DNA of 64,000 bases from an uncultured Clostridium sp. (lineage in GTDB: Bacteria; Bacillota; Clostridia; TANB77; CAG-508): positions 137,379 through 201,378 of the forward strand of contig CAOKXF010000001.1 of the NCBI GenBank assembly GCA_948473335.1, written 5' to 3'. The translations under genes and the position numbers were made by a program. The notes below the pieces were generated by a model, which worked only from the letters and a program-made list of their open reading frames with translations, did not search any database and had not been told where the DNA came from. Shown here piece by piece: positions 10,027 to 19,564 of the stretch. Positions within the stretch are counted from its first letter, which is position 1; each line of letters begins with the position of its first letter.

Positions 10027-10206
10027 GTAATATATAGAAACACTTTATGAAGTTAAATAAAATTTTATTTTCGAAACAAGATTCAAAGATTTTTACATAT
10101 ACAATGAGATTAAGTTATCTTTTTCTAAAACAAAAAAATTAAGAACTAGTATAAAAAAACTTGCTTTATTGACATGAATATAGTAAAATATAAAAGGAAA
10201 GAAGGA

Positions 10207-10857
10207 ATGAAAATGGGCAAGAAATCCCTTACAAAAGAAATAATAGAATGGATATTATGCTTTATAATAGCAATAGTAATAGCATTATTAGTAAGATATT
10301 ATATAGGAACACCAACAGTAGTAAAAAATGTATCAATGAATCCAACATTAGTAGAAAACGAAAGATTATGGTTAAATAGATTCAGCAAAACAACAAAACA
10401 GAAATTAGAAAGAGGAGACATAGTAACATTTGAAGCACCATCAACAATAGAAGTAAGAAGTCATGATATTGATTTATCAAATCCTGTAGCAAAGTATGAA
10501 AGAAAAGTAGAAGGTGCATTTAACAAATTTACATATTATGTATTAGAAATAAATAAAACAAGCTATATAAAAAGAGTAATAGGATTACCAGGAGAACAAG
10601 TACAAATAGAAGAAGGAAATGTTTATATAGATGGTAAAAAGCTAGAAGAAAAATATCTACCAGAAGGGTTAGTAACAGATATGAGAAGTGGACTATTTAA
10701 TGATTTTAAGGTACCAGAGGGGACATATTTCTTACTAGGAGACAATAGACCAGAAAGTACAGACAGTAGATTCTTTGGATGTATACCATATGAGAAAATA
10801 GAAAGTGTAGTAGCATTTAGATTTTGGCCATTTAATTTATTTGGAAAAGTAAGATAA
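10207..10857 (+). CDS. lepB: Signal peptidase I
   Basis: N-terminal TM segment, catalytic Ser region (NPTLVENERL) and GDNRPESTDSR box D/E. The start is set at MKMGKK after a GGAAAGAAGGA SD, because the upstream ATG at 10174 lies inside the putative promoter (TTGCTT-17-TAAAAT). Confidence 0.8.
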   Translation: MKMGKKSLTKEIIEWILCFIIAIVIALLVRYYIGTPTVVKNVSMNPTLVENERLWLNRFSKTTKQKLERGDIVTFEAPSTIEVRSHDIDLSNPVAKYERKVEGAFNKFTYYVLEINKTSYIKRVIGLPGEQVQIEEGNVYIDGKKLEEKYLPEGLVTDMRSGLFNDFKVPEGTYFLLGDNRPESTDSRFFGCIPYEKIESVVAFRFWPFNLFGKVR

Positions 10858-10922
10858 TAGAAGAAATATCGATAAAACATTAAATACAGAAAATAGCAAA
10901 ACAACAGTAAAAGGAGAAAACA

Positions 10923-11831
10923 TTGTTTAAAAATATAATAGGAAATGACAAGATAAAAGAAATACTAAAAAAGTCAGTATCAATAAAAAGAACATCACAT
11001 AGTTATATGTTTATAGGAATAGAAGGAATAGGAAAGCAAATTTTTGCAAAAGAATTTGCAAAAACGATATTATGTTTAAGTGAAAAAAAAGATGAAGAGC
11101 AGACATATTGTGACAAGTGTAAGTCTTGCATAGAATTTGACACAGAAAACAATCCAGATTATAAGTTTATAGATATAGAACCAGAAGAAAAAGCTATTAA
11201 AATAAATCAAATAAGAGAAATGCAACTAAAGATATCAGAAAAGCCAATAATATCACAAAACAAAGTATATATAATAAACAATGCAGATACGATGACACAA
11301 GAAGCACAAAATTGCTTATTAAAGACGTTAGAAGAACCACCAGATTATGTAACAATAATATTAATAGGAGCAAATGAAAATAATTTTTTGACTACAATAA
11401 AATCACGATGTACAAAAATATATTTTGATAGAATACCAATAAATGAGATAAAGAAATATATAAAAAATGAAAAAGGAATAGAATTAGAAGAAAAAATACT
11501 AGATTTATGTGGTGGAAGTATAAAAAAAGCAATACAATTAAAAGATAAAGAAGAGATATACAACAATTTGAACAAAATAGCAGAAGAAATAGATAAGACA
11601 GACTTAATAAGCATATTAGATATTTCAGAAGTATTATATAAATCAAAAGATAGTATAAATGAAATATTGGACAACCTAAATATTATATTTTTAAAAAGAA
11701 CAAAACAAAACAACAAATTTGCAAATTGTATACAAATAATAGAAGAAACTAAAAAGAGGTTAAAAGCAAATTGCAATTTCGATATGAGTATTGACTATAT
11801 GGTATTTAACATATGGAGGGAGATAAATTGA
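10923..11831 (+). CDS. holB: DNA polymerase III delta' subunit
   Basis: AAA+ clamp-loader fold: HSYMFIGIEGIGK, a zinc module CDKCKSC, and the KTLEEPP and SRC motifs. TTG start with an AAGGAGA SD. Confidence 0.8.
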   Translation: MFKNIIGNDKIKEILKKSVSIKRTSHSYMFIGIEGIGKQIFAKEFAKTILCLSEKKDEEQTYCDKCKSCIEFDTENNPDYKFIDIEPEEKAIKINQIREMQLKISEKPIISQNKVYIINNADTMTQEAQNCLLKTLEEPPDYVTIILIGANENNFLTTIKSRCTKIYFDRIPINEIKKYIKNEKGIELEEKILDLCGGSIKKAIQLKDKEEIYNNLNKIAEEIDKTDLISILDISEVLYKSKDSINEILDNLNIIFLKRTKQNNKFANCIQIIEETKKRLKANCNFDMSIDYMVFNIWREIN

Positions 11832-12736
11832 AAAACATAATAGGAGTAAGATTTAGAAAGCTAGGAAAGATATATTTTTTTAATCCAAAATGGTTAGAAG
11901 TAAAAAAAGGTGACTTTGTAATAGTAGAAACAGTGCAAGGAGAAGAATATGGAGAGGTAATTGTACCAAATAGAAAAATCGAAGATGATAAAATTACAGA
12001 GCCACTAAAAAATGTATTAAGACTAGCAAATGAAAAAGATAAAAAGCATTATAATGAATGCAAGCAAAAAGAAAAAGAAGCATTTCAAGTATGTCTAAAA
12101 AAGATAAAAGAACATAATTTAGATATGACATTAACAGATGTAGAATATAAATTTGATAATAGCAAGATTTTATTTTATTTCACAGCAGATGGTAGAATAG
12201 ATTTTAGAGATTTAGTAAAAGATTTAGCTGCAGTATATAAAACAAGGATAGAATTAAGGCAAATAGGAGTAAGAGATGAAGTAAAAAGAATAGGTGGAAA
12301 TGGAATTTGTGGAAGAGAATTATGTTGTTGTTCATTTTTAAATGATTTTGAGACAGTTTCAATAAAAATGGCAAAAGAGCAAAATATATCACTAAATCCA
12401 TCAAAAATTTCAGGAAATTGTGGAAGACTAATGTGTTGCCTAAAATATGAAGAAGAAGTATATGCAGAAAAACTAGAGAGATTGCCTAACATAGGTGCAA
12501 TAATAGAATCAGAAGATGGAACTGGAGAAGTAGTAGGAGTTGAAACACTTAAAGAGAAAATCAAAGTAAAATTTAAAGATGGAGAAGGATACTATTATAA
12601 AAAATATAATGCTAAAGATGTAAAAGTTATAAAGAATGGTTCAAATGAAGTTTTAGATAGTGAAGAATTAGAGCATAAAAAAGAGCTAGAAGAATTAGAA
12701 AAACTAGAACAAGAAGATATAAATGAAAATGAATAA
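11813..12736 (+). CDS. ricT: PSP1-domain protein (stage 0 sporulation protein YaaT / RicT)
   Basis: Conserved PSP1 C-terminal region with cysteine clusters (GICGRELCCCSF, GNCGRLMCCLKYE). Conserved holB-yaaT synteny. Overlaps the holB 3' end. Confidence 0.8.
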   Translation: MEGDKLKNIIGVRFRKLGKIYFFNPKWLEVKKGDFVIVETVQGEEYGEVIVPNRKIEDDKITEPLKNVLRLANEKDKKHYNECKQKEKEAFQVCLKKIKEHNLDMTLTDVEYKFDNSKILFYFTADGRIDFRDLVKDLAAVYKTRIELRQIGVRDEVKRIGGNGICGRELCCCSFLNDFETVSIKMAKEQNISLNPSKISGNCGRLMCCLKYEEEVYAEKLERLPNIGAIIESEDGTGEVVGVETLKEKIKVKFKDGEGYYYKKYNAKDVKVIKNGSNEVLDSEELEHKKELEELEKLEQEDINENE

Positions 12737-12863
12737 AATATATAATTTTCATGCTTATAAGAATATAAAAATGAAACAATAAATATATTATTAATAATAA
12801 ATGAACATGCAAATAAAAGAAAATAAAACATAGAAATAGTCGAAGCGAAGGGTGGTGAAAAAA

Positions 12864-13034
12864 ATGGCATTTAAAATAACAGATAAATGTATAAGTTGTG
12901 GAGCTTGTGCAGCAGCTTGTCCAGTTGGATGTATATCAAAAGGTGAAGAAAGATTTGTAATAGATGAATCAGCTTGTATAGAATGCGGTAGCTGTGCAGG
13001 AACTTGCCCAGTAGGAGCACCAATTCAAGAATAA
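12864..13034 (+). CDS. 2[4Fe-4S] ferredoxin (56 aa)
   Basis: Two CxxCxxCxxxCP motifs (CISCGACAAACP and CIECGSCAGTCP). Start set at MAFKIT after a GGTGGTGA SD. Confidence 0.8.
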   Translation: MAFKITDKCISCGACAAACPVGCISKGEERFVIDESACIECGSCAGTCPVGAPIQE

Positions 13035-13182
13035 TACATATTTCTTAGGAAATCCACCTTCTTCATTTTACTATACATAAGTTATTAGTAACTTATTAAT
13101 GTTCAAATAGATAACTTAACTATTTTTCCATACTTTAAAAAAGATGAATTTCCTAAGAATATAAAAAAATTAAAAAAAGGTA

Positions 13183-13211
13183 TTGACAATTTTCAAAAAA
13201 TGATTTATACT
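13183..13211 (+). promoter_or_regulatory. sigma-A promoter for the tRNA gene (TTGACA-17-TATACT)
   Basis: Consensus -35 with 17-nt spacing. The -10 ends about 20 nt before the mature tRNA 5' end. Confidence 0.65.
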
Positions 13212-13231
13212 TATTTTTGTCATAAGGAAAT

Positions 13232-13308
13232 GCTCCCTTAGCTCAGTTGGTTAGAGCAACCGGCTCATAACCGGTAGGTCCAAGGTTCAAGTCCTTGAGG
13301 GAGCACCA
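13232..13308 (+). tRNA. tRNA with CAU anticodon. It is either elongator Met or lysidine-modified Ile2, and it is not the initiator type
   Basis: The cloverleaf can be drawn by hand: 7-bp acceptor stem gctccct/agggagc, D-arm agctcagttggttagagc, anticodon loop ctCATaa, T-arm caaggttcaagtccttg and an encoded CCA. There is no C1:A72 mismatch and no 3-GC anticodon stem, so it is not initiator. Confidence 0.85.
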
Positions 13309-13315
13309 AATGAAG

Positions 13316-13354
13316 ATATTTCTTAAATTTAAAAATTTAAGGAATATTTTTTTG
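13316..13354 (+). terminator. Intrinsic terminator after the tRNA
   Basis: tatttcttaaattt/aaatttaaggaata stem followed by T7. Confidence 0.6.
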
Positions 13355-13562
13355 TTATATAGGAAAATCGAAGATTTTAATGAAGACAAGAATATTAAAG
13401 AGATAGAAGATAGTTATAAGTATATAATATATATTAAATAAATAATAAAGAGACTTTATATATTTTATACTGCAAATTTTAGAGATATAGTTCCAAAATT
13501 AAAATAAATATGATATTATAATAATGAAGGTATAAAAATAAAAAAATAAGGAGAAAATTTTT

Positions 13563-14936
13563 ATGAAAAAATATTTAACATTAATAATATGTAGTTTAAT
13601 TTTAATATTAGGAGCATTACCAGTTAATGCAGCATCATTTAGTATGAGAGCATCTAGTACACAAGTAAGTCCAAATGGAACATTTACAATTTCAGTAGGA
13701 GGAGATTGTATAGGAAGGGTTAACCTAAGTGTAAGTAATGGAACTCTTTCAACAAGCAGTGTATGGGTAGAACAAAACTATCAAACAGTAACAGTAACTG
13801 CTGGAGGTAGTGGAACTGTAACTGTAACAGCTACACCAACAGTAGGTTTTTCAGACCCAGATGCAAACGAATATAATCCAGGAGCAAGAAGTGTTACAGT
13901 ATCAATAATAGATAATACTTCTGTACCAAATAACAATAACAATAATAATAATAACAATAACAATAACAATAACAGTAAACCATATTCAAAACCTCAAACA
14001 CCAACATATGTAGACAATAGATCAACAAATAACATGCTATCATCAATAACAGTAAGTTCAGGAATATTATCACCAGCATTTGATACGAATATTAGTGAAT
14101 ACACAGTGCAATTAGCTAGTAATACAACTTCAATTACAGTTAATGCTGAAAGTAGTGATAGCAAAGCAAGAATTAATGGAATAGGCGAGAAACAATTAGA
14201 AGTAGGAAATAATGAAATAATAATTTCAGTAGTAGCAGAAAATGGTGCTGAAAGAATATATAAAATCATTGCTTATGTAGACGAAACACCACAAGTATAT
14301 TTGAAATATAAAGATAAGGAAATAGGAGTAGTTAGAAACTTAAAAGGAATAACTATTCCAGAGGGATTTAATCAAGCACAACATCCTATAAATGATTATT
14401 CAATTAATATATTTAACAATGGGAATTTCTCAATACTTTATGGTATAAATAATCAAAATGAAAAAAGCTTTTATATCATAGACACAACAAAAAATGAATG
14501 TATTAGCAAAATAGTACCAATAAAAATAAATAATAATTCTTTATATTTAGTAGATTTAGATGACGAAAAAGAGGGATTTGAAAAAGGTGTAACAACAGTA
14601 AATAACATAGAAATCCAAGGATATAAATTTAAAGACGGATTTGATAATTATTTTCTATTATCAGTAATGAATAATAATGGAGAAATGGTTGAATATATAT
14701 ATGAAGCTAATGAAAGAACTTTACAGCTATATTCTAATTTTGCACCTATCACATATGAAAAATATAAAACATTAGCACAAGTAACAGACGAACAATATAA
14801 AGAACTAACACAGAAATTGAAAATTGAACAAATAATTATTTGTATTGTCAGTATACTTCTAATATTAAGTATAATTAGTTCAGTAGTATTATTTATAAAA
14901 TTAAAAAGGGGAAAAATAAATGAAAAAAAGAATTAG
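13563..14936 (+). CDS. Secreted, C-terminally membrane-anchored surface protein with an N-terminal Ig-like region, a poly-Asn linker and a cadherin-like beta-sandwich domain
   Basis: Signal peptide; N15 linker; the region LSSITVSSGILSPAFDTNISEYTVQL...ENGAERIYKI matches the cadherin-like beta-sandwich pattern; C-terminal TM segment with a KLKRGK stop-transfer. AAGGAGA SD. Confidence 0.6.
   Translation: MKKYLTLIICSLILILGALPVNAASFSMRASSTQVSPNGTFTISVGGDCIGRVNLSVSNGTLSTSSVWVEQNYQTVTVTAGGSGTVTVTATPTVGFSDPDANEYNPGARSVTVSIIDNTSVPNNNNNNNNNNNNNNNSKPYSKPQTPTYVDNRSTNNMLSSITVSSGILSPAFDTNISEYTVQLASNTTSITVNAESSDSKARINGIGEKQLEVGNNEIIISVVAENGAERIYKIIAYVDETPQVYLKYKDKEIGVVRNLKGITIPEGFNQAQHPINDYSINIFNNGNFSILYGINNQNEKSFYIIDTTKNECISKIVPIKINNNSLYLVDLDDEKEGFEKGVTTVNNIEIQGYKFKDGFDNYFLLSVMNNNGEMVEYIYEANERTLQLYSNFAPITYEKYKTLAQVTDEQYKELTQKLKIEQIIICIVSILLILSIISSVVLFIKLKRGKINEKKN
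13928..13972 (+). repeat. (AAT/AAC)15 trinucleotide tract encoding poly-Asn
   Basis: 45 nt made only of aat/aac codons, within the surface-protein gene. Confidence 0.9.
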
Positions 14937-17649
14937 TATGCTAATATTTAATATAATATGTTTAATGCTTATACTGGCAAGTAGTGTGTTTGGATATAGT
15001 ACAAACACAATAGAAATTCAAGCAGAACAACAGAATTTGACAAGTTTCAATGGAGTATATCAAACAATTGCACAGCCAAATCCTAAGACGCAAGTAAATA
15101 AAAATAGTAAGGCAATTAATAAAAAATTAACATATATAGCAGTATTTATTGAATTTAATGATAGTGATTCACTTACATCATATCACCTAGATGATCCAGA
15201 ATGCATTGCAAATGCTGAAAAGATTTTTAATAGTGATGAACATTTCGAAATGGTTACAAATAATGGAACTATACAAGTTCCATCATTTAAGAAATACTAT
15301 GAGATGCAAAGTTATGGAAAATTATCAATAAAAACAGAAATCTTTCCAAAACAAAATGGAACAGTAGTATCCTATAAAGATCCAAAACCTATGAGCTACT
15401 ACTTAAAATATAGTGATACTAATCCAAACGGATATAAAGATGCAAACGAATCTGCACAAAGAGAAGTAGAACTAGTAAATAATGCAATGTCATATATATC
15501 AAATCAAATTGAAACATCTGGAATCACTGCAAGTGATATTGATGTAGAAAATGATGGAATTATTGATGCGATTTCTTTCTTTATAGAAGGAACAAGAGGG
15601 ACAACAAGTAATATTTCATGGGGAGATTTACTATGGTCACACAAATCAGAAAATAAAGGGATTACTACTACATTATTAGGAAAAAAAATAGAACCATACA
15701 ATATAATATATACATATAATTATCGTGACCCAGCAGGAGTATTTTCATTAAATAGAGGATCATATGGTACAATATTACATGAATTCGGACACACATTAGG
15801 ATATGTAGACTTATATCGTTTTAATCAAGAACAAAATCAACCAGTTGGTTTTTATGATATTATGGGAAATGTTATAGGATCAAATCCACAAAATTTTTTA
15901 ACGTATTTTACAAGTGAATATATAGATGAAACAAATTGGCATAAACCATTACCTGAAATAAGTGCTACTACACAGAACATTACTTTGTACAAACCTGAAT
16001 TTATAGATGATAATGAAAAACGAGCAATTAAAATTCAATGTGGTCAAGGAAATCAGGAATATTTTATAGTAGAATATCATGAAAAGCAAAATACATATAG
16101 TTCACATTCAGCGGATGAAAGTGGGATAATTGTATATCGTGTAAATGAAAAAAATAAGTTTTCAGGAAATAAAGATGGAGGAGACCATGGAGAAAATGAT
16201 CATATTTTTGTTTTTAGACCTAATGAGACAAATTTAGGAGATGGAAAGGGAAATTTATCACAAGCTACATTAAATATGAATCGTTCTAAATTAGGTAAAA
16301 ATATGAAAGATAGTAATGAAGGATTTGATAATCAAACAATATATTTTTCAAATGGAAGTAATTCAGGAATTATAATAGAAGTAACAGGACAAACAGCAGA
16401 GTCAGTAACATTTAATGTAACTTTTCAAGAACTTCAAGGAGCAGGAACACAGGATAATCCATATTTAATTTATGATACAGACACATTTTTATATTTAATG
16501 CAACAAGAAACAAAGAATAAATATTATAGAATAGAAAATAATCTTGACTTTTCTGGTGTAACAAAATATCCTAAGATAGACTTTCAAGGACACTTAGAAG
16601 GGAACAATAAAACTTTATCTAATATAACAACAATAGGAACAGGGCTATTTGCTAATATTGGAGATTATGGTGGATATACAGTTATTCAAAACTTAAATAT
16701 TGAAAATATAAATATTAATCCAGGTAATGGAGATTATCTTGGAGGATTTGCATCTGTTATAACAGATACAACTATAAAGAATATTAATTTAAAATCTGGT
16801 TCAGTAACAAATATATCTAGTTCAATAAATCCTATGAGTTCAACAGGAGGATTTGCAGGTAACGTATCAAATAGTACAGTTATTGAAAATTGTCATTCAT
16901 CACTAAAAGTACATTCTGAAAAAAACGTAGGAGGATTTTTAGGACTTAATATGAATGCAACAATAAAAAATTGCCATTCATATGGAGAAGTAAGTGGAAA
17001 TGCTAATATTGGAGCATTTATAGGATTACAATGTATAATGGACAATACATATAAAGTACCACAAGATGCATATTACTATTATACTGAAAATAGCATACAA
17101 AATGCAGTTGGTGGATATTCATCATTACATAATTTAGTAGCATTACCAGAAGAGTCATTAGCAAATGGAATTGTTGGTATTTTAAACAAAGGACCAGAGA
17201 CACCAATTATAGTTTCAGAGGAAGAAGCATTGAAACATTTTGGAATAATAAAAAAAGGTGAATATGTAATAGGTTTTAATGTTGGAAGTAATGTATCTAA
17301 TATTAGACAACTTCTTTCTAGTTATCCAAATGTAAGATTAATTAGTTTTAGAAATGCAAACGATAATGAAATTTGGGGAGGAAATATTGCAACAAATATG
17401 AAATTTACATTAGAATTTAATCAAGCACAATATAATTATACAGTAGTTATTAAGGGCGATGTAAATGGAGATGGAGCAATTTATGCTACAGATTATGTAA
17501 AAATAAGAAATCATATAATGAAAGGAACAAACTTATATGGTGCTTATTTATTAGCTGCAGATGTAAATAATGATGGTAATGTTTATGCAACAGACTATGT
17601 AAAAATTAGAAATTATATTATGGGTAGAGGTAATATAGAACAAAAGTAA
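14920..17649 (+). CDS. Secreted M6-family (InhA-like) zinc metalloprotease with GLUG repeats and a C-terminal type-I dockerin
   Basis: Signal peptide. HEFGHTLGYVDLY matches the M6 HEFGHxLGLxDxY zinc motif. GLUG-like repeats (GGFAGNVSNSTVIENCHS, GGFLGLNMNATIKNCHS). Duplicated dockerin Ca-binding segments (GDVNGDGAIYATDYVKIRNHIM and ADVNNDGNVYATDYVKIRNYIM). Confidence 0.65.
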   Translation: MKKRISMLIFNIICLMLILASSVFGYSTNTIEIQAEQQNLTSFNGVYQTIAQPNPKTQVNKNSKAINKKLTYIAVFIEFNDSDSLTSYHLDDPECIANAEKIFNSDEHFEMVTNNGTIQVPSFKKYYEMQSYGKLSIKTEIFPKQNGTVVSYKDPKPMSYYLKYSDTNPNGYKDANESAQREVELVNNAMSYISNQIETSGITASDIDVENDGIIDAISFFIEGTRGTTSNISWGDLLWSHKSENKGITTTLLGKKIEPYNIIYTYNYRDPAGVFSLNRGSYGTILHEFGHTLGYVDLYRFNQEQNQPVGFYDIMGNVIGSNPQNFLTYFTSEYIDETNWHKPLPEISATTQNITLYKPEFIDDNEKRAIKIQCGQGNQEYFIVEYHEKQNTYSSHSADESGIIVYRVNEKNKFSGNKDGGDHGENDHIFVFRPNETNLGDGKGNLSQATLNMNRSKLGKNMKDSNEGFDNQTIYFSNGSNSGIIIEVTGQTAESVTFNVTFQELQGAGTQDNPYLIYDTDTFLYLMQQETKNKYYRIENNLDFSGVTKYPKIDFQGHLEGNNKTLSNITTIGTGLFANIGDYGGYTVIQNLNIENININPGNGDYLGGFASVITDTTIKNINLKSGSVTNISSSINPMSSTGGFAGNVSNSTVIENCHSSLKVHSEKNVGGFLGLNMNATIKNCHSYGEVSGNANIGAFIGLQCIMDNTYKVPQDAYYYYTENSIQNAVGGYSSLHNLVALPEESLANGIVGILNKGPETPIIVSEEEALKHFGIIKKGEYVIGFNVGSNVSNIRQLLSSYPNVRLISFRNANDNEIWGGNIATNMKFTLEFNQAQYNYTVVIKGDVNGDGAIYATDYVKIRNHIMKGTNLYGAYLLAADVNNDGNVYATDYVKIRNYIMGRGNIEQK

Positions 17650-17706
17650 CAATGTATTAGAATAGTATTAATTTATCGTATAAAAATATAGTTTGGAGAA
17701 TGAAAT

Positions 17707-19482
17707 ATGTATAGAGATAGTATAAAACAAAAAATAAATACATGGAAAAAAGAAATAATAATAGTAGGACTAATTATAATTATACAAACTATAATCTTTA
17801 TTGTTGCAGGAATAAACAAATTATATATTCATATGGACGAAGCATATTCATTAGGATTAGCGAGTTATGATAAAGTAGAAATACAGAGTAATGAGGACTT
17901 TTACAACATTTGGCATACTAAAGAATATTATGAAGATTATCTAACTATAAATGAGGATGAGCAATTTAAGTTTTCACAAGTATATGACAATCAAAAAAAT
18001 GATGTACATCCTCCTTTATATTATTTATTATTAAGAATTGCAATGGGATTTAACATTGGAACATATTCCAAATGGACAGGAATTATATTAAATGTAGTTA
18101 TATATGCTTTTATAACTATTTTTACATATTTGATATCAATAAAATTGCTAGAAGGCAAGAAGCAACATAAAGGAAAGTCAGCAATTATTACTTTGGTATC
18201 AAGTATAACTTTATCAGCAGTAACAAATGCAATTTATATAAGAATGTATGCATTATCTACACTAAATATAGTGATAATAACCTATTTACATTTAAAATTA
18301 CTAGAAGAAAGAGAAAAAAATAATAAGTTACTGATAATGATAGGAATATCAGCATTAGTAGGTTCATTAACACATTATTATTACTTATTCTATTTAGTAG
18401 CATTATTTATTATGTTTGTTATTAAATATATAAAAGAAAAAGAATATAAACAATTGGGTAAATATATAGGGACAATGATAATTGCTGGGATAACATCTTT
18501 AATAATATTTCCATACTCAATACAACATATGTTTTTTGGATATAGGGGACAAGGTGCAATAGATAATTTAACTAATATATCTAAATTTATTAGTAGCATT
18601 TTTCAATATATTATGATAATAAATATATATGGATTTAATAATATATTATTAATATTAATAATTGGTGTAGTATGTATCACCATATATAAAAAGATTAAAA
18701 AGAAACAAATTATTGAAAATAAAAATAGATATATAAAATATATTTTGATACCAACTTTGGTATATTTTATTTTAGTATCTATATCTTCACCATGGATAAC
18801 ATTAAGGTATGTTATGCCAATATGTGGTATATTATTTATTCTTGCAATTTATTATATAGATAAGTTATTAAGTAACATAATTAAAGAGAAAACAACAAAC
18901 ATAATATTTGTATCAATGTTTTTAATGATGTTGATAATGCCAATTATATCAAATGAAATTATAAATTTAATAGTTGGAAAAGAATTCATGAATGAACAAG
19001 AATATTTGTATTCTAATAAAACTGAAATAGTTGAAAATATGAAAAGAGAATTAAAGATTCCAATAGAAGCAATTTATAGATTTACTGACGCATCAGATGA
19101 TAATATATTATTTTTTATAAAGAATTTGAAGCTAGAGCCAGAAGTGTTATATTCTAATAAGAAATACATTGTAGAAAAAATAAAATATGATTTGAATGTA
19201 CCAGCACTATATTTGTTTAATTCTAATAATAATAGATTTTTAGATGATATACTACTATTTGCTTATATAGATAAATCATATATTGCTAAAGACATAGAAT
19301 ATAATGATGAAAAAATAAAAGAAATAATGAAAAATCAAGACATATCTAATGGAATATTGATATTTATAAATGAAGGTCAAGAAAATGAAAACCTATTAAA
19401 TATAATACAAAAATCTGTTGGATTATATAATACAACATATTTGCAGAGATTAAATGCATGTGATGTATATTATATAAAATAA
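17707..19482 (+). CDS. Polytopic membrane glycosyltransferase of the PMT/ArnT (GT39/GT83-like) superfamily, with a C-terminal soluble domain containing an internal 47-aa repeat
   Basis: About 10 TM helices. A D-E motif in the first loop (HMDEAY) and the HPPLYYLLL segment are typical of Dol-P/undecaprenyl-P sugar-dependent transferases. The tandem repeat is ...LYSNK..IVE.....L..P..Y.F..., twice. Confidence 0.55.
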   Translation: MYRDSIKQKINTWKKEIIIVGLIIIIQTIIFIVAGINKLYIHMDEAYSLGLASYDKVEIQSNEDFYNIWHTKEYYEDYLTINEDEQFKFSQVYDNQKNDVHPPLYYLLLRIAMGFNIGTYSKWTGIILNVVIYAFITIFTYLISIKLLEGKKQHKGKSAIITLVSSITLSAVTNAIYIRMYALSTLNIVIITYLHLKLLEEREKNNKLLIMIGISALVGSLTHYYYLFYLVALFIMFVIKYIKEKEYKQLGKYIGTMIIAGITSLIIFPYSIQHMFFGYRGQGAIDNLTNISKFISSIFQYIMIINIYGFNNILLILIIGVVCITIYKKIKKKQIIENKNRYIKYILIPTLVYFILVSISSPWITLRYVMPICGILFILAIYYIDKLLSNIIKEKTTNIIFVSMFLMMLIMPIISNEIINLIVGKEFMNEQEYLYSNKTEIVENMKRELKIPIEAIYRFTDASDDNILFFIKNLKLEPEVLYSNKKYIVEKIKYDLNVPALYLFNSNNNRFLDDILLFAYIDKSYIAKDIEYNDEKIKEIMKNQDISNGILIFINEGQENENLLNIIQKSVGLYNTTYLQRLNACDVYYIK

Positions 19483-19564
19483 TCAATATACAAAATGGAG
19501 AAATTAATATTTATAAAAGAGGCAAAAAAGGAAATAATATAAGAAAAAAGAAAAGGAAAAGAAA

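Noticed and set aside
9745-10040. GC-rich patch considered as 6S RNA, SRP RNA or a T-box instead of a coding gene
   Set aside because: No convincing closing stem, central bubble or SRP domain IV motif could be found. The SD, ATG, stop and terminator layout favours a protein gene. The ncRNA alternative is kept only as a caveat inside the finding
14920-17649. Considered calling the dockerin protein a cellulosomal glycoside hydrolase
   Set aside because: The catalytic module has the HEFGHxLGxxDxY M6 metalloprotease motif and GLUG repeats, not a glycoside hydrolase signature
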